A stretch of 64,000 nt of DNA from Pseudomonadota bacterium (GCA_023416455.1 JAEZHQ010000129.1:771-64770); one strand, 5' to 3'. Counted from the first letter of the stretch, positions 50,101 through 61,422 are shown. Notes: a model not told the origin generated them from the sequence alone. Numbers and translations: made by a program.

Positions 50101-51957
50101 CGGCTGGGCTACGCGGAGTCCCGGATCCTGGTGCGCGACCCGGTGCTGGCCGATCTCGCCGTGCCGCGATTCCTGGCCCCCGGTGACCGGGCGGTGGTGC
50201 CGGTGTCCCTCGACAATGCCGGCGGCCCCGCCGGCAGCTACCGCATCACGCTGACGGCGAGCGGGGCGGTATCCCTGGACGGGTCCGGCGACGCCACGGC
50301 GAGCCTCGGGCGCGGCAAGCGGGTCACCATGGAGCGGGCGCTGCGCGCCGACTCGGTCGGCGTCGGCCACGTCACCCTCGACCTCGTCGGGCCGGACGGC
50401 CTTCGGGTGACGCGCCGGTGGGAGATCCCGGTGCGTCCGGGCAGCGCGCCGGTGATCCGCCGCGCCGTCGCGATGCTGGCCCCCGACCGCAGCGTCGCCG
50501 TGCCCGCCGACCTGACGGCCGGCCTGCGCCCGGAGACCGTCTCGGCGGCGCTGTCGCTGGGGATCCTGCCGGAGATCGATGTGCCCGGCCTGCTCACCAC
50601 GCTGGAGCGGTCCGGCACCGGCGGCCTGGAAGCCGCGGCCAGCCGCGCCCTGCCGTTGCTGGTGCTGGGCGACGTGGCGGTCGCCCTCGGTCTCGACACC
50701 GAGGAGCGGGTCAAGGCGCGCGTGCAGCGCGCCGTCGACCGGGTGCTGACCATGCAGCGGCCGGACGGCTCCTTCGCCGCCTGGTCGCCGAAGGGGGAGA
50801 GCGATTCCTGGCTGACCGCCTACGCGCTGGACATCCTCGGCCGTGCCCGGGCGAGCGGCTACCGCGTCCCGGAAGCGCCCTACCGCAAGGGGCTGGACGG
50901 GCTGAAGGCGGCGCTCGACAACGCCTGGGTGGAGGCCGAGGAGCTTCCCGGCCGGGCCTACGCGCTCCATGTGCTGGCCCGGGCGAAGATGGTCGACGCC
51001 GGCGCCGTGCGCTACTTCCAGGAAACCTTCTGGGACAAGCTGCCGACCGACTTCGCCCGCGCCCAGGTCGCCGCCGCGCTCGCCGCGCTCGGCGAGGGAG
51101 CCGGCGCGGCCGAGGCGTTCGACCGCCTGACCGGCGCCCGCATCGGGTCGTCGAGCCTGCGAGACTACGGCTCCCCGTTGCGCGATGACGCCGGCGTGGT
51201 GGTGCTGATGGCCGAAAGCGGGGCGGCCGAGCGCGAGCGGCTGGATCAGGCGGCGGAGCGGCTGGCCAAGACCTATGCCGCCGTGCGCGTCACCGGCGCG
51301 CAGGAGCAGGCTTGGCTGCTGCTGGCCGCCAAGGCCCTGGTCGACCGCGCGCCGGCCATGAAGGTGGCGGTCGGCGAGCAGGTGATGGAGGGGGCCAAGC
51401 CGCTGTTCCAGCGGATCGATCCCGCCTCGCCCCCGGCGCTGCGCAACGCCGGCGGCGAGCCGTTGCGCCAGATCGTCTCGGTCGTCGGAGTCGCCGAGGC
51501 GCCGCCGGAGCCGGAGGAGCAGGGCATCAGCATCGCGCGCCGTGTCTTCGACATGGCCGGAAACCCGGTCGACCTCAAAGCCGTGCGGCAAAACGACCGG
51601 CTGGTCGTGGTGCTGGAGGGCGGGACGGCCGACCCGGTGGACCATCAGGCGCTGGTCAGCGATCCGCTGCCGGCGGGTTTCGAGATCGAGACGGTGCGGC
51701 TGGCCGGAGGTGCACCGCTGGGCGAACTGTCCTGGCTGGGCGAACTGACGGTGCCGCGCCATGTGGAATACCGCGACGACCGCTTCGTCGCCGCGGTGGA
51801 GCTGACCAAGCAGGCGCCGCGCTTCCGCCTGGCCTATCTGGTGCGGGCGATGACCTCCGGCGATTTCGCGCTGCCCGGCGCGACCGTGGAGGATCCGCAC
51901 CGTCCCCACCGGGCGGCGCGCACCGCCGCCGCCCGCCTGCATGTCCTGCCGGAATGA
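47140..51957 (+). CDS. Bacterial alpha-2-macroglobulin (YfhM-like), thioester motif absent
   Basis: QWFVVSDLG, YTERGIYRPGE, VEDFVP, LAAVD, VPDFQGRLRL, PRFLAPGD, DPLPAGFEIE, EYRDDRFVAA. Confidence 0.93.
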   Translation: MLRALARVCAVLVASSVPVAAAETAPAEGVPFGVSGAEVVAERDVPQACFTFTDRLEKSRTVDYRDHVEVVPVGEGAAFEGSPVARDRTLCVEGLRHGQKYRITLREGLPGGDGRSLAAADSREIEVPNRKPSLAFRGAGYILPRIGADGLPLRSINLDRARLQVLRINDRSLVEKIYFGRIAQQLSDHEVGEILDRAGQEVWRGEMAISNVRNQAVVTPFPIDAVLGRLDPGVYIAVAGAEEVTPGGWDHKATQWFVVSDLGLNTIMGEDALVVFARSVSGATPEAGVELRLLARNNAELGKVSTGPDGIARFDLAALRAAGGEAPQALFAYRGAGDFGFLDLAAPAGGTARPAPGQPDAFLYTERGIYRPGETVNLAVLLRDADAKPVAGRSLTLRILRPDGFEVERRPLADAGGGGFTTRIGLPGNAYPGPWTVTVHADAEPGATPSPAAGAAAPAGGPASGAPALGPALGRVEFLVEDFVPPRLDVALTAADRELPADGRTVLTIDGHFLYGAPAAGLPGQLAVTLRAAENPYPNLPGYRFGLAQEEVAPQRSELPGFTTNRNGQAEVELGLPKPPESTRPLEAVVRATLLDVGGRSVSRDLILPVRHQPFAIGIRPRFEGEGVPEGATASFDVLAVSPDGTPVDREELSYELFEEEHDYVWFEANGRWDYKVTVRDQRVTGGSLATQLSKPGTVEAPVNAGRYRLEVFDPKTGVATSLRFAAGWWMTPTDGERPDEVDVTVMLPSYRGGETARVHVKPPYDSQVFIAVADRRVRHASTHRIGPEGAFLEIPVDPAWTGGVYVLATAFATPDPQAKGAPRRAVGLSWLSVDAAQRTLDLRIEAPATTEPRRQVNAELVVEGAAEGQPAYVTLAAVDDAVSQLTERRAPDPKEHYLGKRRLAVELRDSFGRLIDPVAPDPARVRPGGATRLRPVGVRVPQKSERVVSLFSGILPVGAGGRLSVPLEVPDFQGRLRLTAVAWSGDRLGYAESRILVRDPVLADLAVPRFLAPGDRAVVPVSLDNAGGPAGSYRITLTASGAVSLDGSGDATASLGRGKRVTMERALRADSVGVGHVTLDLVGPDGLRVTRRWEIPVRPGSAPVIRRAVAMLAPDRSVAVPADLTAGLRPETVSAALSLGILPEIDVPGLLTTLERSGTGGLEAAASRALPLLVLGDVAVALGLDTEERVKARVQRAVDRVLTMQRPDGSFAAWSPKGESDSWLTAYALDILGRARASGYRVPEAPYRKGLDGLKAALDNAWVEAEELPGRAYALHVLARAKMVDAGAVRYFQETFWDKLPTDFARAQVAAALAALGEGAGAAEAFDRLTGARIGSSSLRDYGSPLRDDAGVVVLMAESGAAERERLDQAAERLAKTYAAVRVTGAQEQAWLLLAAKALVDRAPAMKVAVGEQVMEGAKPLFQRIDPASPPALRNAGGEPLRQIVSVVGVAEAPPEPEEQGISIARRVFDMAGNPVDLKAVRQNDRLVVVLEGGTADPVDHQALVSDPLPAGFEIETVRLAGGAPLGELSWLGELTVPRHVEYRDDRFVAAVELTKQAPRFRLAYLVRAMTSGDFALPGATVEDPHRPHRAARTAAARLHVLPE

Positions 51958-52174
51958 TGCGGACGGCGCGTGGAGGCTCCGTCCGTATCGCTCTTCGTGC
52001 AGGTTGCCCGCGCAAAGCGATGCCGGGTTCCGTCAAAGGCGCTTGATGGAAGCCATCATTCGCCTTTGACAGGGCAGGGGCGGCGGACGTCGGTCTTCCC
52101 CGGAGTTTCCAATCCCGCCCCGCCGGGCCGGCATGGCGAGGTCGCTTCGGCGGAGGCCGCGGCCCGCTTCGGCA

Positions 52175-52357
52175 TCACAGGATTTCCCGCTTCTCCGCCT
52201 CGCGGTGGCGGGTGATCCGCATCATGACCGCCACCACGACCGCGAAGAATGCGGTCAGCGCCACATAGAAGAACAAGGCCAGCCCGACCGTCATGGTGCC
52301 CACCAGCACCATGGCCAGAATCCATATGCCCAGCGAGACGATGGCGCGTGACGACAT
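52175..52357 (-). CDS. Small two-TM membrane protein, 60 aa
   Basis: MSSRAIVSLGIWILAMVLVG..VVAVMMRITRHREAEKREIL: hydrophobic hairpin with a basic tail. Confidence 0.7.
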   Translation of the reverse strand: MSSRAIVSLGIWILAMVLVGTMTVGLALFFYVALTAFFAVVVAVMMRITRHREAEKREIL

Positions 52358-52684
52358 CGGTGGTCCCAACCCATGCTGGTCCGCCCTGGGCCGGTGGCGA
52401 TGGGCGAATCTTCGTTGATGATTCGAGGGTGCCATCGTTTGGTGTCGTAACGATGCGTGGCATCCTGTCACTGCGCGCGCGCGCCGCACCCCCAAGGAAC
52501 AGGCCGCGTCACCGGATTGTTGCGGCCGCAGGGCCGCCGCCGTTCCGTGAGGCGGCCGCCGTGGCCGGTCCCCCCTCCGGAGCCGATCGAGGCCGGCGCG
52601 CCGGCAGGGTTTGGCGACTCCGCCCACGCGCAAGCGGGCCGTCGACCGCCGTGTCCGGCGGTTGCGGGCGTTCCGACCCCGGCC

Positions 52685-52726
52685 TTGACAGCCAAGGTTC
52701 GCCCCCTTACCTTTACGTAAACGTCA
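52685..52726 (+). promoter_or_regulatory. sigma70 promoter with LiuR-type operator
   Basis: TTGACA-N17-TACCTT, overlapped by TTTACGTAAACGTCA. Confidence 0.7.
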
Positions 52727-52774
52727 GCTTGCGGTGCCGCGGGGCGGTGGCGCCGTCGGGAGGAAGGGGCGCCC

Positions 52775-53233
52775 ATGGTGCAGGCCGCTGCCGCGCAGGA
52801 TCGAAGAGGGCTGGACGAGGAGTCCCGCACCTACGCCATCGGCGAGCTGGCCGGGGAATTCGGCCTCACCCACCGCACCATCCGCCATTACGAGGAAGAG
52901 GGGCTGCTGTCCCCGGGGCGCGACGGGCTGAGCCGGGTCTACGGCCACCGTGACCGGGCCCGTCTGGCCCTGATCTGCCGGGGCAAGCGGCTGGGATTCA
53001 GCCTCGCCGAAATCCGGGAGTTCCTGAACCTCTACGAGTCCCGCGGCCTCCAGCTCGACCAGATGCGCTACGCGCAGAGGCTTGCCCGGCGCCGCATCGC
53101 CCAACTCGAACGCCAGCTCCAGGACGTCCAGCAGACGCTGGCGGAGCTGCGCAGCATGGACACCCAGATCTCCGAACATTTCCGCCGCAACGGGATCACG
53201 GAGACGCAGAGCACGGAGGACACGCACCCATGA
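52775..53233 (+). CDS. liuR: MerR family regulator (LiuR-type)
   Basis: YAIGELAGEFGLTHRTIRHYEE, RLALICRGKRLGFSL.EI. Heads an acyl-CoA degradation operon. Confidence 0.8.
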   Translation: MVQAAAAQDRRGLDEESRTYAIGELAGEFGLTHRTIRHYEEEGLLSPGRDGLSRVYGHRDRARLALICRGKRLGFSLAEIREFLNLYESRGLQLDQMRYAQRLARRRIAQLERQLQDVQQTLAELRSMDTQISEHFRRNGITETQSTEDTHP

Positions 53234-54381
53234 CATCGCCCACGACGTCGGTCGTCATCGCCGGCTACGCCCGCTCCCCCTTCGCCTTCGCCGGCAAGGG
53301 CGAACTGGCCAGTGTCCGCCCCGACGACCTGCTGGCCGGAGTCGTCGCGGCGCTGGTCGAGCGCAGCGGCGCCGACCCGCAGGATGTCGAGGATGTGATC
53401 GTCGGCTGCGCCTTCCCGGAAGGCGAGCAGGGCCTGAACGTCGCCCGCACCGTCGCCTTCCTGGCCAAGCTGCCGCAGACCGCGGCGGCCACCACGGTCA
53501 ACCGCTACTGCGGCTCGTCGATGCAGGCCGTGCATCAGGCGGCCGGCGCCATCCGGATGGGCGCCGGCGAGCTGTTCGTGTGCGGTGGCGTGGAATCCAT
53601 GAGCCGCGTCCCGATCATGGGGTTCAACCCGTTGCCGCACCCCGGCCTGAAGGAATCCTACCCCGAGGCCTACTGCTCCATGGGCATCACCGCGGAGAAC
53701 GTCGCCCGCCGCTACGGGATCGGGCGCGACGACCAGGAAGCCTTCGCCGCCGCCTCCCACGCCAAGGCCGCCGCCGCCCAGGCCGAGGGCCGCTTCGACG
53801 CCGAGCTGGCGGTGGTCCGGACCCCGGACGGCGCCACGGTGGAGCGCGACGGCTGCGTGCGACCCGGCACCACGGCGGACAGGCTGGCGGAGCTGAAACC
53901 GGCCTTCCTGGCCGACGGCACGGTGACCGCCGGCACCTCCTCGCCGCTGACCGACGGGGCGGCGGCCGTGCTGGTCGCCAGCGAGGAGTACGCCCGCGCC
54001 AAGGGCCTGCCGATCCTCGCTCGCATCCGCTCGGTCGCGGTCGCCGGCTGCGCGCCGGAGCTGATGGGGCTGGGGCCGGTCCCGGCGGTGGCGAAGGCGC
54101 TGCGGCGGGCCGGCCTGTCGATGGGGGACATCGACGTGGTCGAGCTGAACGAGGCTTTCGCCGCCCAGGCCATCGCCTGCCTGCGCGACCTCGACGCTGA
54201 TCCGGCCAGGGTCAATCTGGACGGCGGGGCCATCGCGCTCGGCCACCCGCTGGGGGCCACCGGCGCGCGCATCACCGGCAAGGCGGCGTCGCTGCTGAAG
54301 CGGGAGGGCGGGCGCTTCGCCCTGGCCACCCAGTGCATCGGCGGCGGCATGGGCATCGCCACCGTCCTGGAAGCGGTCTGA
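53230..54381 (+). CDS. fadA: Acetyl-CoA C-acyltransferase (thiolase)
   Basis: NRYCGSS, ELNEAFA, GHPLGATG, QCIGGG. Confidence 0.93.
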   Translation: MTSPTTSVVIAGYARSPFAFAGKGELASVRPDDLLAGVVAALVERSGADPQDVEDVIVGCAFPEGEQGLNVARTVAFLAKLPQTAAATTVNRYCGSSMQAVHQAAGAIRMGAGELFVCGGVESMSRVPIMGFNPLPHPGLKESYPEAYCSMGITAENVARRYGIGRDDQEAFAAASHAKAAAAQAEGRFDAELAVVRTPDGATVERDGCVRPGTTADRLAELKPAFLADGTVTAGTSSPLTDGAAAVLVASEEYARAKGLPILARIRSVAVAGCAPELMGLGPVPAVAKALRRAGLSMGDIDVVELNEAFAAQAIACLRDLDADPARVNLDGGAIALGHPLGATGARITGKAASLLKREGGRFALATQCIGGGMGIATVLEAV

Positions 54382-54409
54382 CGGCGCGGCCCCCGAGGGA
54401 GAAAGAGCC

Positions 54410-56740
<2,331 letters not shown>

Positions 56741-56756
56741 GGGGGGAGAACCGAGA

Positions 56757-58547
56757 ATGCCGATCTACAAGGCTCCGCTGCGGGACGTGCGCTTCGTCCT
56801 CGACGCCATCGTGGGGGCCGACGCCCTGTCCCGGCTGCCCGGCTGCGAGGAGGTCACGCCCGATCTCGTCCACCAGATCCTGGAGGAGGGCGCCAAGCTG
56901 TGCGAGGAGGTGCTGTTCCCGCTGAACCAGCCCGGCGACGCCGAGGGCTGCCACTACGAGAACGGGACGGTGCGCACGCCCAAGGGCTTCAGGGAGGCCT
57001 ACGCCACCTACGCCGAGGCGGGCTGGACGGGCCTGTCCTGCGACCCGGAATACGGCGGCCAGGGCCTGCCGACCCTCGTCAACACGCTGCTGGAGGAGTT
57101 CATCTGCTCCGCCAACCTCAGCTTCGGCATGTATCCCGGCCTCTCGCTCGGCGCCTACAACGCGCTGGCCATGCACGGGTCGGAGGAGCTGAAGGCCCGC
57201 TTCCTTCCCCGGCTGGTGGACGGCAGCTGGTCGGGCACCATGTGCCTGACCGAGCCGCAGGCTGGCACCGACCTCGGCATCATCCGCACCCGCGCGGTGC
57301 CGCAGGCCGACGGCAGCCACCGGATCACCGGCACCAAGATCTTCATCTCCGCCGGCGAGCATGACCTGACCGAAAACATCCTGCATCTGGTCCTGGCCCG
57401 CCTGCCCGACGCGCCCGCGGGCACCCGCGGCATCAGCCTGTTCCTGGTGCCCAAGTTCCTGCCCGACGCGGAGGGGCGGCCGGGACCGCGCAACGGCGTG
57501 TCCTGCGGCTCCATCGAGCACAAGATGGGGATCAAGGCGTCGGCAACCTGCGTCATGAACTTCGAGGAGGCGACCGGCTGGCTGGTCGGCGAGCCCAACA
57601 AGGGCATGCGCGCCATGTTCGTGATGATGAACGCGGCCCGCCTCGCCGTCGGCATCCAGGGGCTGGGGCTGGCCGAGGTCAGCTACCAGAACGCGGTGGC
57701 CTACGCCCGCGAGCGGCTCCAGGGCCGCGCGCTGTCGGGAGCCAAGGCGCCCGACCGCCCCGCGGACCCGATCATCGTGCATCCCGACGTGCGCCGGAAC
57801 CTGCTGACCGCCCGCGCCTACACCGAGGGCGCCCGCGCCCTCGGCGCCCTGGTCGGCTACAAGCTCGACGTCGCCGGGCGGCACCCCGACGCCCGGACGC
57901 GCGCCGAGGCGGACGAGTTCGTCCAGCTCATGACCCCGATCGTCAAGGCGCTGTTCACCGACATCGGCTTCGAGGCGGCGAACATCGCGGTGCAGGTGCA
58001 CGGGGGGCACGGCTTCATCTGGGAGACCGGCGTCGAGCAGTATGTGCGCGACGCCCGCATCTGCCAGATCTACGAAGGCACCAACGGCATCCAGGCGCTC
58101 GACCTGGTGGGGCGCAAGCTGCCCCAGGACATGGGCCGGCTGCTGCGCCGCTTCTTCCACCCGGTGGCGGCGGAGCTGGAGGCAGACCTTGAGACCGAGG
58201 CGCTGGCCGAGTTCGTCCTGCCGCTGGCCAAAGCCTTCGCCAAGCTCCAGCAGGCCACCGCCGTCGTCGCCCAGAAGGGGCTGAAGGATCCGGAGGAGGC
58301 GGGTGCCGCCGCCAGCGACTACCTGCGCCTGTTCGGGCTGGTCGCCCTGGGGTGGATGTGGCTGCGGATGGTGAAGGCGGCCCGCGCCGGGCGTGCGTCC
58401 GGGACGGGCGACGACGCCTTCCTCGCCGCCAAGGAGGCGACCGCGCGATTCTACATGACCAAGCTGCTGCCTCAGACGAACGCCCTGTTCATCACCATCA
58501 TGGCCGGCGCCGGCCCCGTGATGGAGCTGGAGGACGCCGCCTTCTGA
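56757..58547 (+). CDS. Acyl-CoA dehydrogenase (long C-terminal domain type)
   Basis: GTMCLTEP, KIFISAGEHD, EHKMGI, QIYEGTNGIQALDL. Confidence 0.95.
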   Translation: MPIYKAPLRDVRFVLDAIVGADALSRLPGCEEVTPDLVHQILEEGAKLCEEVLFPLNQPGDAEGCHYENGTVRTPKGFREAYATYAEAGWTGLSCDPEYGGQGLPTLVNTLLEEFICSANLSFGMYPGLSLGAYNALAMHGSEELKARFLPRLVDGSWSGTMCLTEPQAGTDLGIIRTRAVPQADGSHRITGTKIFISAGEHDLTENILHLVLARLPDAPAGTRGISLFLVPKFLPDAEGRPGPRNGVSCGSIEHKMGIKASATCVMNFEEATGWLVGEPNKGMRAMFVMMNAARLAVGIQGLGLAEVSYQNAVAYARERLQGRALSGAKAPDRPADPIIVHPDVRRNLLTARAYTEGARALGALVGYKLDVAGRHPDARTRAEADEFVQLMTPIVKALFTDIGFEAANIAVQVHGGHGFIWETGVEQYVRDARICQIYEGTNGIQALDLVGRKLPQDMGRLLRRFFHPVAAELEADLETEALAEFVLPLAKAFAKLQQATAVVAQKGLKDPEEAGAAASDYLRLFGLVALGWMWLRMVKAARAGRASGTGDDAFLAAKEATARFYMTKLLPQTNALFITIMAGAGPVMELEDAAF

Positions 58548-58946
58548 CACGGGCCGGCGGGCGGGACACGGCTTTTTTGTCTCAACGCGAGTCCTATGCC
58601 TTAGGGCCGGGAGTGGTGTAATCTGCACCGGTCCCGGCCCTTCCTCGTGAAGGCAGGATTCACAAGGGAAGACCCGGAGCATTACGCCGGATGCTGTTCT
58701 TGAAGACGGTGCCTTGCACCCTGTTCGCTCTCTTTTACTCCATGAATGCCCATCACCACGGGGCGGCTACTTGCTGGAATGCCTATGAGTGTAACTAAGG
58801 TTAAATTCCGGTTGTCCGCCCGTGCCGAATCGTGGTACGTCTGAATAGACATTACCTTAGATAAGGACTTTTAATATCTTCTGGATTTGGGTCATATGAT
58901 CATTGAAAGTGACCGACATTCTTTCGAAGGCGGCGTAACGGACCAT

Positions 58947-58970
58947 TGAAGCACTGTGTGAAGCACTGTG
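58947..58970. repeat. Exact 12-bp direct repeat just upstream of the response regulator
   Basis: tgaagcactgtg x2. Confidence 0.85.
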
Positions 58971-58986
58971 TACGGGGGCATGACTC

Positions 58987-59634
58987 ATGAGGATCCTGAT
59001 CGGAGACGACCATGTGCTTTTCCGGGAGGGATTGCGCAGGTTGCTGGAGCAGCTCAAGGAGGGCGCCACCTTCCAGGAGGCCAGCAACTTCGATGAGCTG
59101 CTGGACTTGGCGGGCCGGGGGGAGACCTATGACCTCGTCCTGACCGACCTTCGCATGCCCGGCTGGCCGGGCTTCAGCGGCATCCAGGCGCTGCGCGAGC
59201 GGCAACCCGACGCCAAGGTCGTCGTCGTGTCCGCGTCGGAGGCGCATCACGACGTGCGGGATGCCCTGGAGCACGGCGCCGCCGGCTACATCCCGAAATC
59301 GTCCAGCGTGAAGATCATGCTGAGCGCGCTCGACCTGATCTTTTCCGGTGGGGTGTATGTGCCCCCCACCGTGCTGCGCGAAGGCGGCGAGGCGGAGGCG
59401 CGCGGCGGCACGGTGGTTCCGCCGGCCGACCCGCAGCTTGAGCAGCTGCTGACCCAGCGCCAGCGGGAGGTGCTGGAGCGCCTGCGCGAGGGCAAGTCCA
59501 ACAAGCAGATCGCGCACGAACTCGGCCTGTCCGAAGGGACGGTCAAGATTCACATGACGGCGATCTTCAAGTCGCTGGGCGTGCGCAACCGCACCCAGGC
59601 GGCCATGGCCTTCCCGCAGTCGCATTCCGCCTGA
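58987..59634 (+). CDS. flcA: NarL/LuxR-family response regulator, probably Azospirillum FlcA
   Basis: Receiver (DDH, TDLRMP, YIPK) plus LuxR HTH (LTQRQREVL..GKSNKQIA..TVKIH). The 215-aa length fits my recollection of FlcA. Family is certain, the symbol is not. Confidence 0.65.
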   Translation: MRILIGDDHVLFREGLRRLLEQLKEGATFQEASNFDELLDLAGRGETYDLVLTDLRMPGWPGFSGIQALRERQPDAKVVVVSASEAHHDVRDALEHGAAGYIPKSSSVKIMLSALDLIFSGGVYVPPTVLREGGEAEARGGTVVPPADPQLEQLLTQRQREVLERLREGKSNKQIAHELGLSEGTVKIHMTAIFKSLGVRNRTQAAMAFPQSHSA

Positions 59635-59663
59635 TCCGGTCCCGCGCCCCCCTGCGGCCTCAT

Positions 59664-59696
59664 GAAGGCGTCCGATGGCTCGTATCGGACGCCTTC
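59664..59696. terminator. 13-bp perfect hairpin between convergent genes
   Basis: GAAGGCGTCCGAT-N7-ATCGGACGCCTTC. Confidence 0.55.
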
Positions 59697-59742
59697 GCTC
59701 AAAGAACCGGCCGACCAGGAGGCCATCCGGGCGCCGTCCGTT

Positions 59743-60177
59743 TCAGCGCATGCCGGCCACGTAGCCGCGCAGCGACTCCACCTCCAGCTCGGCGTCGTCC
59801 AGCCGCGTCTTGACGGCGTCGCCGATGCTGACCAGGCCGACCACACGGCCATCCTCCAGGATGGGGATGTGGCGGATCCGCCGCTCCGTCATCACGCTCA
59901 TGATCTGCGACATGGTGTCGGTGAGGCGCCCGGTGACCAGCTCCCGGGTCATCAGCTCAGCAGCCGTGCGCTCCAGCACAGCCGGACCCTCCGCGGCCAC
60001 GGCGCGGACGATGTCGCGCTCGGACAGAATGCCGGCGGGGGATCCATCGTCCTCCATCACCAGCACGGCGCCGATGTGGTTCTGGCTGAGCGTCCGGGCG
60101 ACCGCGGCGATGCGTTCACCCGGGCTTGTGGTGACGATGCGGCTGCCCTTCCTCTTCAAGACGGCGGCGACATGCAT
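59743..60177 (-). CDS. CBS domain pair protein
   Basis: VLKRKG, IGAVLV, GILSERDIVR, MTERRIRHIP, GLVSIGD. GGAGGAG RBS. Confidence 0.93.
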   Translation of the reverse strand: MHVAAVLKRKGSRIVTTSPGERIAAVARTLSQNHIGAVLVMEDDGSPAGILSERDIVRAVAAEGPAVLERTAAELMTRELVTGRLTDTMSQIMSVMTERRIRHIPILEDGRVVGLVSIGDAVKTRLDDAELEVESLRGYVAGMR

Positions 60178-60251
60178 GGCGGCGGCTCCTCCCTTGCGTT
60201 TCCCGCAGAATGATAATGCTCCCACCGGCGGGGGTGGCAACGGAAGGCGCG

Positions 60252-60294
60252 AAAAAGAAAGACCGGGACCCTCCTTTCGGGGTAGGCGCCGGTC
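60252..60294 (-). terminator. Probable intrinsic terminator
   Basis: Minus strand GACCGG...CCGGTC followed by TTTCTTTTT. Confidence 0.55.
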
Positions 60295-60345
60295 ACTTTC
60301 GGCGGTGGCGGGCGGCTGGTCCGGCGCGTGCCTGCGTGGGCGGGG

Positions 60346-60720
60346 TCAGCCTGCCAGGATCAACGTCAGGCTGCACACCCACAGCCCCGCCGCCAGCACC
60401 CCCGTGGCGCGGGCGTAGCGCATGTAGGTTTCTTTCAGCGTGCGCATCAGAATGGGCTGGGCCAGGGGTTCCGGGGGCCGGTGGCTCCGGTCGAGGAGCA
60501 TCCACAGCTCGGTGGTCCGGTGCGAGCGGAAGGGTGCCCGCAGCGCTTTCAGGAGCAGCGTCGCGACCAGAAGAGAGGTGAGGATCGCGCCCGCCTCCGC
60601 CGCCACCGGCGGGTCGAAGCTGAGGCCGATCATCACGGCGAAAATCCCCAATCCGACAAAGGCGCAGCCGCGCCTGACCGACTCCTCGGCCCGCGCTTCG
60701 ATCTCCAGCAGGGGGTTCAT
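60346..60720 (-). CDS. Hypothetical membrane protein
   Basis: Three hydrophobic segments, GLSFDP and TELW motifs. GGAGG RBS. Confidence 0.8.
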   Translation of the reverse strand: MNPLLEIEARAEESVRRGCAFVGLGIFAVMIGLSFDPPVAAEAGAILTSLLVATLLLKALRAPFRSHRTTELWMLLDRSHRPPEPLAQPILMRTLKETYMRYARATGVLAAGLWVCSLTLILAG

Positions 60721-60775
60721 GGCGCCTCCGTTGTCCAGGCCGTTCTTCAACCGGACACACGCGGGGCCTGTTCCC

Positions 60776-61093
60776 TCATGCCGCGAGCGCCAGGGTCCAT
60801 CCGGCCGGAAGGCTGAGCACAGCCGCCGCGGCCACCCAAATCCACAGGCTGGCCGGCGTGGTGTCCGGCGACCGGATGAAGCGCTCGTACAGCGCCGCCG
60901 GCACGCCGCTCAGCAGCAAGGTCAGCACCGCCAGCAGCACCGGCGACAGGAAGAACACCGCCCCCGGCGCGCTCAGCAGGAAGCCCGGCATCCACAGCGC
61001 GGCCGTCTGCCACATCACCCACACCGCCGGGGAGAACAGGCCGTTCACCAGGCAGATCAGCCCCAGCAGGGCCATCACATGCCGCCGTTCCAT
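60776..61093 (-). CDS. Hypothetical membrane protein
   Basis: NGLFSP, SGVPAALYER, three TMs. Coupled to the upstream gene by a TGATG overlap. Confidence 0.8.
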   Translation of the reverse strand: MERRHVMALLGLICLVNGLFSPAVWVMWQTAALWMPGFLLSAPGAVFFLSPVLLAVLTLLLSGVPAALYERFIRSPDTTPASLWIWVAAAAVLSLPAGWTLALAA

Positions 61094-61422
61094 CAGCCGG
61101 CGCCCCCCGGGGCCGGTCCGAGCGACGGTACCATCCCGGCCGCCAGCATCGCCAGCGACAGAACGCCGCGCAGAACGAACACCCAGAGCGCGGTGATGGG
61201 AACGAGGAGGGGGACCGGCACGGCCTGCGGAGTCACCACCGAGACCGCCCGCACCGCCCAGTCGGTCAACGCGCGGAAGGCACGCCAGATGTAGTTCGGG
61301 GAGTCCGGCGGCAGGAACAAGCCGAGCAGGAAGCGCCCCACGCAGGTCCAGCCGACGACGGCCAGCGTGTAGCTCATCACCCAGAACGGAAGATGGTCCA
61401 GGGAAAGAACGCCTTGCTGCAT
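61093..61422 (-). CDS. YggT-like membrane protein
   Basis: GRFLL..PDSPNYIWRAFRALTD..VTP pattern. AAGGAG RBS. Confidence 0.75.
   Translation of the reverse strand: MQQGVLSLDHLPFWVMSYTLAVVGWTCVGRFLLGLFLPPDSPNYIWRAFRALTDWAVRAVSVVTPQAVPVPLLVPITALWVFVLRGVLSLAMLAAGMVPSLGPAPGGAG

Noticed and set aside
47086..51942. 1618-aa minus-strand ORF, and similar long antisense ORFs at 7196..9985, 31757..33829, 54272..56707 and 56661..58682
   Set aside because: Antisense shadows of well-supported genes. Stop-free reverse frames are expected at this GC content and codon bias, and they carry no recognisable motifs.
58791..58804. CtrA boxes here and near 22957
   Set aside because: The half-sites are separated by 6 nt or are degenerate, so they do not match TTAA-N7-TTAA.
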